From Citrobacter arsenatis (GTDB taxonomy: Bacteria; Pseudomonadota; Gammaproteobacteria; Enterobacterales; Enterobacteriaceae): DNA of 40,000 nucleotides. The notes below the pieces were generated by a model that saw nothing but the letters and a program-made list of their open reading frames with translations, was not told the origin of the DNA and ran no database searches. The stretch is from assembly GCF_004353845.1 (NCBI RefSeq), contig NZ_CP037864.1, positions 2,987,625-3,027,624 of the forward strand, in the 5' to 3' direction. The translations under genes and the position numbers were made by a program. This document shows, one piece after another, positions 7,601 through 12,879 of this stretch (positions are counted from its first letter, which is position 1; every line of letters begins with the position of its first letter).

Positions 7601-8682
7601 GCAGTAACTCCCTTGCGCTGGCGGTGTTCGTTGATGGCTTGCTCGTAGACTGAGCCCCAGTTCTTAGGATTGAGTATCCAGTCCAGAGTCAGCCAGGATT
7701 CACCCTGCTTGTTGGTGAACAGCGATGACTTTCCTATCAGGTCGAATGCCCTGCTCATATGTTTCAGCTCTCGCCAGTTACCCTGGCTCGTCTTGCCATT
7801 CCATACCGCCTCAAGATCTCGGTAGGCAGGTCGGCGCCGGTTCCACTCATGCTGTGAAACCGCTTTAGCCGGGAATTTGTCATTCCAGAGAGAGATTATT
7901 TCGTTGTGGGGGCATGCCGCCGGGTTGCTGCCTTGCTCATCAGCCCAAAGCAAAGCGTCTGACAGGTAGCCATCGAAGCGTGTCATGCGGCAAACGTTCT
8001 CCGGCTTGATGCTGTGCTTCCAGTTCACATGAGCCCATCTGATAACCAGCTTCAGCTCTTCAGCTGTGTAGCACTCACCTTTGCTTTTCACGGTGGAGAG
8101 AACTTTTTCAAATGGCGCCAGTTTTGAGCAGCGGCTTTTGGTCAGCTCGTTGAAGTAATCCATCACTTCCTGAGCTAGCATGTTTTCCCCATCGGGGGAT
8201 TTAGGGGGATCTTTTCTTTCTGTCTTTTGGATATTGTCTTTTGTGTTTACCTGATTCGGTAAATCACTATTTACCGTTTTGGTGAAGGTTTTCTTTACTG
8301 ATTCGGTAAATGTTTTACCGATTCCGTTAACCTTTGTTTTCCACTCGGATATGTTCTTGTTCATTCCAACCTGACGACCTGTCTGAGTAAGAACTCCCAT
8401 CCTGACAAGTTCGTTTTTTGCAGTAGAGCATTTAGTTGGTGCCATCCCGGTCAGAGCGGCGAATTGCTCATTGCCGATCCAGTCCATCTTCTTGTTGTAT
8501 CCGTATGTCTTGCGCCACACAGCGATCACAATCAGCAACTGGTGTTGAGTGAGGCCTGACAGCATGACGGCCTCCATCAGTGCATTAGCGGTTCGCGTGT
8601 AGCCATCATCGAGATCTGCCACCTGACGCTCCACGGCCGCCAGAATCGGCCTGATTGGTGTAACTGTTGCTAGGCTACTCAT
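7597..8682 (-). CDS. O: Replication initiator, lambda O-type N-terminal domain plus conserved phage C-terminal domain
   Basis: N-terminus GYTRTANALMEAVMLSGLTQHQLLIVIAVWRKTYGYNKKMDWIGNEQFAALTG is typical of the Phage_rep_O family. The central linker is encoded by the iteron repeats. Confidence 0.8.
   Translation of the reverse strand: MSSLATVTPIRPILAAVERQVADLDDGYTRTANALMEAVMLSGLTQHQLLIVIAVWRKTYGYNKKMDWIGNEQFAALTGMAPTKCSTAKNELVRMGVLTQTGRQVGMNKNISEWKTKVNGIGKTFTESVKKTFTKTVNSDLPNQVNTKDNIQKTERKDPPKSPDGENMLAQEVMDYFNELTKSRCSKLAPFEKVLSTVKSKGECYTAEELKLVIRWAHVNWKHSIKPENVCRMTRFDGYLSDALLWADEQGSNPAACPHNEIISLWNDKFPAKAVSQHEWNRRRPAYRDLEAVWNGKTSQGNWRELKHMSRAFDLIGKSSLFTNKQGESWLTLDWILNPKNWGSVYEQAINEHRQRKGVTA
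8246..8330. repeat. Four origin iterons inside the O-type gene (candidate ori)
   Basis: The four repeats are TTTACCTGATTCGGTAAA (8246), TTTACCGTTTTGGTGAA (8270), TTTACTGATTCGGTAAA (8294) and TTTACCGATTCCGTTAA (8314). They are spaced 24, 24 and 20 bp apart and flanked by a T-rich tract at 8209-8245. Confidence 0.6.
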
Positions 8683-8821
8683 GACCGTTCTCCTTACGTT
8701 TGAATTCTTCCAGGATGGCTCTCAGCTTTGTACCGACAGCCGGGTTACAGGATTTGATGAACCGGTCACGAGCAATATTTTTATGTACTGACGCCTGGTA
8801 AAAACGAGTTTTCTTAGGCAT
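8675..8821 (-). CDS. Small basic ORF (48 aa) between cII and O, absent from the ORF track
   Basis: GGAGTAATT precedes the ATG at 8821. Translation is MPKKTRFYQASVHKNIARDRFIKSCNPAVGTKLRAILEEFKRKENGHE. Its stop overlaps the O start by 8 nt. Confidence 0.45.
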   Translation of the reverse strand: MPKKTRFYQASVHKNIARDRFIKSCNPAVGTKLRAILEEFKRKENGHE

Positions 8822-8831
8822 AATTACTCCT

Positions 8832-8909
8832 GTGAATTGATCCAGTTATTCGGCTAGAATTTCATGGTTATCTGATCAGAGCGTTCGGTGGCAGCCGGAC
8901 GCTTTTTCT
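8832..8909 (+). ncRNA. oop: OOP-like antisense RNA to the 3' end of cII (candidate)
   Basis: A strong plus-strand terminator lies inside the cII 3' end: AGCGTTCGG-tggcag-CCGGACGCT followed by TTTTcttt (8881-8909). A CATAAT -10 candidate at 8820-8825 predicts an RNA of about 78 nt, matching the lambda oop layout. Confidence 0.5.
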
Positions 8910-9168
8910 TTCCGCACATTCTCTCTTCCAGCAAGTCAGCCAATCCCACAACCACACGTGAAATGTCGTCGTCAGTAATCGAGTAACCGATGAATTCGAG
9001 TAGTGCTGCCATGCGCGGTATGTAGTGTTGCTTCCACTGAGATACCGATGATTTGTTTACGCCCATGTGCTCAGCTACACGGGTTGTGCCAAGAATGGCG
9101 ATGCGGTCTAAGATCCAACTCTCAATATTGCGAGCACTGGTTTTGTTGCGTGTTGTTAAGTCATCCAT
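8854..9168 (-). CDS. cII: CII transcriptional activator
   Basis: 104 aa. The central HTH (GVNKSSVSQWK) and C-terminus KKKRPAATERSDQITMKF closely match lambda CII KKRPAATERSEQIQMEF. Confidence 0.9.
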   Translation of the reverse strand: MDDLTTRNKTSARNIESWILDRIAILGTTRVAEHMGVNKSSVSQWKQHYIPRMAALLEFIGYSITDDDISRVVVGLADLLEERMCGKKKRPAATERSDQITMKF

Positions 9169-9178
9169 TTGTTAAATT
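9146..9178 (+). promoter_or_regulatory. PRE-like CII-dependent promoter (candidate)
   Basis: TTGC-gtgttg-TTAA-gtcatc-CAT has the same spacing as lambda TTGC-N6-TTGC-N6-CAT (cII start). A TAAATT -10 candidate lies 13 nt downstream, pointing toward cI. Confidence 0.5.
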
Positions 9179-9231
9179 CCTTGGTGTTGAAATAGTTAAT
9201 TGGTTAGTTGTTTTGTTTATCGTGCACCATT

Positions 9232-9285
9232 GACAGTCATCCATGACCACGCCGGGCACCCGACCATATACCGGGCCGTTCGGTT
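9232..9285 (-). promoter_or_regulatory. put-like cis-acting RNA element, PR-proximal copy (cro-cII spacer)
   Basis: In the minus sense it shares the ordered blocks CGAACGGC, GTCGGG, GGCG, TCA and GGATGA with 10548-10610. Hairpins are ACCG-aacggcc-CGGT and GTCA-tgga-TGAC. Confidence 0.5.
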
Positions 9286-9309
9286 ATTACTGGCGGTACA
9301 TCAGGCGGT

Positions 9310-9528
9310 TTATGACGCCGGATGAGGGAACAACTCTGGGAGATCAGGTCTGATTTCATGCGCCTTAATCTCGCCACCTGTGGCATTGACGATTGCATTC
9401 ACCTTCTCTGGTGAGACAGAACCGCCATTCAGCCATTTGTGCACCGCTGGCTGGCTGACACCGCAGACATCTGCAAGTCGCTTTTGGCTGCCAACGATTT
9501 TCAAAGCTCGTTGAATAACTAAGTTCAT
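9310..9528 (-). CDS. cro: Cro-like HTH repressor (YdaS/Cro family)
   Basis: 72 aa with HTH GSQKRLADVCGVSQPAVHKWLNG. It is divergent from cI across the operator cluster, with AGGAAA as Shine-Dalgarno. Confidence 0.85.
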   Translation of the reverse strand: MNLVIQRALKIVGSQKRLADVCGVSQPAVHKWLNGGSVSPEKVNAIVNATGGEIKAHEIRPDLPELFPHPAS

Positions 9529-9561
9529 GGATTTTTCCTATCCGATTACTGGATTAATGAA

Positions 9562-9590
9562 AAGATAACTCAAGTTATGAGCAATGTCCA
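9562..9590 (-). promoter_or_regulatory. PR candidate
   Basis: In the minus sense, TGGACA-17 nt-TATCTT. The -10 overlaps the right half of operator site 1, and PL uses the same GTTATCTT arrangement. Confidence 0.5.
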
Positions 9591-9627
9591 TAACCTTTGT
9601 TATTTTACTCTGCATAACCTCGGTTAT
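9565..9627. promoter_or_regulatory. Tripartite right operator (OR1-OR3)
   Basis: Three ATAAC-N4-GTTAT palindromes lie at 9565-9578, 9590-9603 and 9614-9627, with centres 25 and 24 bp apart, between divergent cro and cI. Confidence 0.75.
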
Positions 9628-9632
9628 ATATT
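9604..9632 (+). promoter_or_regulatory. PRM candidate giving a leaderless cI mRNA
   Basis: TTTACT-17 nt-TATATT, with the cI ATG (9640) 7 nt after the -10 and no Shine-Dalgarno. Operator site 2 abuts the -35 and site 3 lies between the -35 and -10. Confidence 0.45.
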
Positions 9633-9639
9633 TGGTGAC

Positions 9640-10344
9640 ATGAAAACATTTGCAGAAAGACTGAATGCGGCAATGAGCGCCGCTGGCATATCCCAGGGTC
9701 AGTTGGCAGAAAAGGTGGGTATCTCTCAACCTGCCATTCAGAAGATGACTTCAGGAAAAACTAACGGCAGCCGTAAAATGGTTGAGCTTGCTCATGCCCT
9801 AAATGTTCGCCCTGAGTGGTTAAGTTCTGGTGTAGGTGAGATGCGCTACGAAAGCCGCGGTGACTCCTCCATTCCTCCAGAGAGTGAATGGGGAAGTATT
9901 GATGCTTGGGATAGCAAAACAGATCTTCCTGATGACGAGGTCGAAGTGCCATATCTGAAAGATATTGAGCTGGCTTGCGGTAACGGTTCTTGCATTGAAG
10001 AAGATTACAACGGCTTTAAATTACGATTTGCAAAATCCACGCTACGTAAAGTTGGAGCACAAAAAGACAGCGTGCTTTGCTTCCCGGCATCCGGAAACAG
10101 CATGGAGCCGATGATCCCAGAAGGAACGACGGTTGCCATAAACACAAACGATAAGAAGATCGTGGATGGAAAGGTTTATGCAATCAGCCAGGACGGATGG
10201 AAGAGACTAAAATCAATTTACCGCGTCAGCCCTACACGCATCGTGATACGCAGCTTCAACTCTGATGAGTACCCAGATGAAGAGGCCGACATTGAAGATG
10301 TAGAAATACTCGGACGCATGTTCTGGACATCTACTATCTGGTGA
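9640..10344 (+). CDS. cI: CI-type prophage repressor (HTH plus S24 LexA-like peptidase domain)
   Basis: I place the start at the ATG at 9640 (MKTFAERLNAAM). It has an N-terminal HTH (ISQGQLAEKVGISQPAIQKM) and a C-terminal GNSMEP...K autocleavage domain. Confidence 0.9.
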   Translation: MKTFAERLNAAMSAAGISQGQLAEKVGISQPAIQKMTSGKTNGSRKMVELAHALNVRPEWLSSGVGEMRYESRGDSSIPPESEWGSIDAWDSKTDLPDDEVEVPYLKDIELACGNGSCIEEDYNGFKLRFAKSTLRKVGAQKDSVLCFPASGNSMEPMIPEGTTVAINTNDKKIVDGKVYAISQDGWKRLKSIYRVSPTRIVIRSFNSDEYPDEEADIEDVEILGRMFWTSTIW

Positions 10345-10368
10345 TGTAACAGCCTTCCCCTCATAACC

Positions 10369-10392
10369 AAACCCGCTTCGGCGGGTTTTTTA
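10369..10392 (+). terminator. Intrinsic terminator after cI
   Basis: ACCCGC-ttcg-GCGGGT followed by TTTTTT. Confidence 0.8.
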
Positions 10393-10432
10393 TTACCTAA
10401 ATCCCGCCACCCCCGATTCTTTACAAAAATAA

Positions 10433-10515
10433 ATTAACTTAGTTATCATGCACATATAACTTATGTGATGATAAATATAAATTAGGTTATTGCCATTACT
10501 CATAACTAAGGTTAT
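10433..10515. promoter_or_regulatory. Left operator cluster (up to four sites)
   Basis: A perfect ATAACtaagGTTAT lies at 10502-10515. One-mismatch sites lie at 10477-10490 and 10456-10469, and a weaker site at 10433-10446. Confidence 0.65.
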
Positions 10516-10518
10516 CTT
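10490..10518 (+). promoter_or_regulatory. PL candidate
   Basis: TTGCCA-17 nt-TATCTT overlaps the perfect operator at 10502-10515. Confidence 0.55.
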
Positions 10519-10547
10519 TATCCCATCGAAACAACACAGCGTTTCGG

Positions 10548-10610
10548 TCAGTCGAACGGCGCGACAGTAAACCATGCGTCGGGCACCAGGCGGGTTCAGG
10601 ATGAACGGCA
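10548..10610 (+). promoter_or_regulatory. put-like cis-acting RNA element, PL-proximal copy
   Basis: It starts about 23 nt after the predicted PL start. Hairpins are GTCG-aacggcg-CGAC and GTTCA-gga-TGAAC, and its blocks are shared with 9232-9285. Confidence 0.5.
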
Positions 10611-10722
10611 ATTGGATGCAAACGGAATGTTTTGTAGTGCGGTGAAATGCAACTGCCAGACAGTAACCGGGAAGATAAGCAACCCGGCACCGCACCACAA
10701 AATATTTCAACAGGGGAAGATT

Positions 10723-10875
10723 ATGAAAACAGCACACTACTACGCAAGCCGCTCTCAAAAGTTCCTGGTCATCGGCGTTGATGGTCGGCAGACAGAAGAG
10801 AAGTACGAAGTCGCAAACAAGTCAGAGGCTCGCAAGCTGGCCAATGAGCTGTCAGCTAAACCGTGGAATTTTTAA
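10723..10875 (+). CDS. Small protein (50 aa), first ORF of the PL operon
   Basis: AGGGGAAG Shine-Dalgarno lies 4 nt before the ATG at 10723. Translation is MKTAHYYASRSQKFLVIGVDGRQTEEKYEVANKSEARKLANELSAKPWNF. It has no arginine-rich motif, and its position resembles ydaF/ydfA-type short ORFs of Rac/Qin. Confidence 0.55.
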   Translation: MKTAHYYASRSQKFLVIGVDGRQTEEKYEVANKSEARKLANELSAKPWNF

Positions 10876-11443
10876 CACGTTTATCGTGCTCAATAAGCTC
10901 ATCCATAAGAACGGTCGACTTACCTGCAAATCTAAGATAGCACTCATTAAAATAGATTTCCGGGATAATGAACCTGTCTGTTCCAGGGTAACCAACAGCA
11001 GGAGGCAAGCGAATGAGAAGCCCTTTTTTAAGCAAGGAAATTGATTCTGAGCTTCCCTTCTCTGTCTTCAGCTGATTATTGGCAGCTACAGCGAAAGAAA
11101 GATAAGCCCTTTCTGCGAGTGTCAGCGAGTCAAACAAGTCCGCCATTGCTTTCTTTTCACGCTCCTTTTCCTGTCTGGCATCTGATTCCTTAATTCGTTC
11201 AGTCACAGAGAAATAAACAGAATTGGCTATGCCGTTTAGCACATAGCTAACGCAGAACAGCAGGATGTAATACATCCAGTACTGAGGGAGGATTTCTGGA
11301 TTATGCAGGTTTATCCATTCTTTCGCGCTGACCGGCATAACGACAATCAAGAAAATCAGGATGATGAGCATATGAATCAACTGTTTAAGTGTCATTCCTT
11401 GCAGGAAGAAACGCATTAATTCCTGCCACCATGAGTTGTTCAT
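10856..11443 (-). CDS. sieB: Superinfection exclusion protein B
   Basis: 195 aa. The N-terminus MNNSWWQELMRFFLQGMTLKQLIHMLIILIFLIVV and two further TM segments match lambda/P22/Rac SieB as I recall them. It lies antisense within the PL operon, as in those phages. Confidence 0.8.
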   Translation of the reverse strand: MNNSWWQELMRFFLQGMTLKQLIHMLIILIFLIVVMPVSAKEWINLHNPEILPQYWMYYILLFCVSYVLNGIANSVYFSVTERIKESDARQEKEREKKAMADLFDSLTLAERAYLSFAVAANNQLKTEKGSSESISLLKKGLLIRLPPAVGYPGTDRFIIPEIYFNECYLRFAGKSTVLMDELIEHDKRVKNSTV

Positions 11444-11464
11444 CGGTGGGGCTCTCTTTGCTCT

Positions 11465-11509
11465 CTGTAGGGGTAATTAGAGTTTATCCGATTTCTCGCT
11501 GTAGGGGTA
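11465..11509. repeat. Direct repeat CTGTAGGGGTA x2 upstream of sieB
   Basis: Identical 11-mers lie at 11465-11475 and 11499-11509 (34-bp period), 22-66 nt upstream of the sieB ATG. Confidence 0.5.
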
Positions 11510-11563
11510 CACGAGAAACCACGAGCCGGGCGTGGATAAATATCCCGGCAACCAACAATTAAG

Positions 11564-11590
11564 GGCTGCCAGTTAGGCGGCCTTTTTATT
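11564..11590 (+). terminator. Intrinsic terminator within the PL operon
   Basis: GGCTGCC-agtta-GGCGGCC followed by TTTTT. Confidence 0.65.
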
Positions 11591-11619
11591 AGCTCACGAT
11601 ACAAACAGAGGGTAAGGCG

Positions 11620-11952
11620 ATGAAAACTTTCAATGACTGGATGAACGAAGGAAGAAAATGGGAAGGGTTCCGTTTTTTTAACCGCCGAGTTGTATGTGCT
11701 GATGGGTACAGCATAAGCATTCAGGCTAACAATGGAGCTTATTGCCACCCACGCAAGGATATTGAGGATGTGGCTAGATACGACAGTTTCGAGCTTGGAT
11801 TCCCTAGTGAAATAGACAAGTCAATTCTCGAGTATGCAGAGGATGAAGATAACCCATTAGACACTGTTTACCCATATGTTCCTCGCGATGTCGTAGAGCA
11901 GCTAATTGAAGATCATGGTGGGATTAAAGAATTAGCAATCAAAGCCGCCTAA
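11620..11952 (+). CDS. Hypothetical protein (110 aa), AT-rich cassette bracketed by terminators
   Basis: GGGTAAGG Shine-Dalgarno before the ATG at 11620, with terminators on both sides. I recognise no family. Confidence 0.7.
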   Translation: MKTFNDWMNEGRKWEGFRFFNRRVVCADGYSISIQANNGAYCHPRKDIEDVARYDSFELGFPSEIDKSILEYAEDEDNPLDTVYPYVPRDVVEQLIEDHGGIKELAIKAA

Positions 11953-11966
11953 CAAGCGGCTTTTTT
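11944..11966 (+). terminator. Intrinsic terminator after ORF110
   Basis: GCCGC-ctaacaa-GCGGC followed by TTTTTT. Confidence 0.7.
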
Positions 11967-12091
11967 CATACCTCAGCGGCTTCTCAGAGGACGCTTAGTT
12001 ATGAATGGCGGCTATCCACCGCTTAAATTTCTGTATCGATGAAAATTGCATGCAGAGGTCTTTAGCTCAGCGGCGCGGCTTAAGCGCGGAG

Positions 12092-12325
12092 ATGATTATG
12101 AGTGAACAACAAAATGGCGGATCAGCGTTTCCAGAGCCAGTGATGGATTTTGCACAATACAGAGGCATGACGCTGCGTGACTACTTCGCGGCAAAGGCAA
12201 TATGTCAATTAACAACTCCTGCTGATTATGTTGGGAGTAAAGAAACAGAAGAAAGTTACAGGAAGTGGGCTAACAAAGCATACAAAATGGCAGACGCAAT
12301 GCTCCGCGCCCGGGAGGAATCATGA
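12092..12325 (+). CDS. Hypothetical phage protein (77 aa)
   Basis: I place the start at the ATG at 12092 (or 12098) after GCGGAG. The GMTLRDYFAAKA...AYKMADAMLRAR pattern is common in phage early regions. Confidence 0.6.
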   Translation: MIMSEQQNGGSAFPEPVMDFAQYRGMTLRDYFAAKAICQLTTPADYVGSKETEESYRKWANKAYKMADAMLRAREES

Positions 12326-12480
12326 CAGTCACACACAACGGCAAGCAGTACCACGCATCAAAACTCAACGACAACGAGTGGCAACTCTCATCAGTCGATA
12401 AACCTCGCGAGAAAATCACAATGAACCGCTGGCAGATGCACATTGCCGGGTTATTGCAGCAGGTGGATGGTAAATCATGA
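12322..12480 (+). CDS. Small ORF (52 aa), below the ORF-track cutoff
   Basis: ATGA overlaps at both ends. Translation is MTVTHNGKQYHASKLNDNEWQLSSVDKPREKITMNRWQMHIAGLLQQVDGKS. Confidence 0.5.
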   Translation: MTVTHNGKQYHASKLNDNEWQLSSVDKPREKITMNRWQMHIAGLLQQVDGKS

Positions 12481-12611
12481 TTAATCACAACATGCTTCGT
12501 GCAGCGCAGAACAAAGCGCTAATCGCCAGATTCATAGGTGATGGCTTGATGTGGATGTCGGCCTACAACGATATGAAGGCGGCAATTGGTTTTCCGTGGC
12601 ACAGGAAATGA
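12477..12611 (+). CDS. Small ORF (44 aa), possible Kil-family host-killing/FtsZ-inhibitor protein
   Basis: ATGA overlaps at both ends. MINHNMLRAAQNKALIARFIGDGLMWMSAYNDMKAAIGFPWHRK carries the Q.K..IA.FIGD..M pattern I recall from lambda Kil, and its position upstream of the recombination genes fits. Confidence 0.4.
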   Translation: MINHNMLRAAQNKALIARFIGDGLMWMSAYNDMKAAIGFPWHRK

Positions 12612-12805
12612 TTATGGGCTGGATTAAGTGTAGTGACAAGATGCCTCCTAATGGAGTGATGGTGTTGCTTCTTAATGATGGTGATTATGATTTCGGGTTC
12701 ATTATTGGAGACAGATTACATGTGTTTTCTTATGGGAAATGGAAACCTTTGCGCGTAGAAAAAGTAAGTCATTGGCAACCTCTTCCAGAGCCACCAACCG
12801 AATAA
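12608..12805 (+). CDS. DUF551-type phage protein (65 aa)
   Basis: I place the start at the ATG at 12608. WIKCSDKMPP...HWQPLPEPP is the DUF551 signature. Confidence 0.65.
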   Translation: MIMGWIKCSDKMPPNGVMVLLLNDGDYDFGFIIGDRLHVFSYGKWKPLRVEKVSHWQPLPEPPTE

Positions 12806-12879
12806 CAAACCTCCCACATTCCCCCTACTCGTCCGGCTATCGCAGACGGGAAGCGCACAACCAAATTTCAGGAGAGACC

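Noticed and set aside
9538-9729. 63-aa minus-strand ORF across the operator region
   Set aside because: It overlaps the OR operators and the cI start and is antisense to cI. It is a spurious frame.
10393-10758. 121-aa and 64-aa minus-strand ORFs
   Set aside because: They cover OL/PL and the structured PL leader, lack a ribosome-binding site, and have an odd Cys/Arg-rich composition.
10723-10875. Possibility that the first PL ORF is an HK022 Nun-like exclusion factor
   Set aside because: It has no arginine-rich RNA-binding motif, is half the length of Nun, and has a different C-terminus.
11440-11748. 102-aa minus-strand ORF upstream of sieB
   Set aside because: It spans a terminator and is antisense to the better-supported ORF 11620-11952, with no Shine-Dalgarno.
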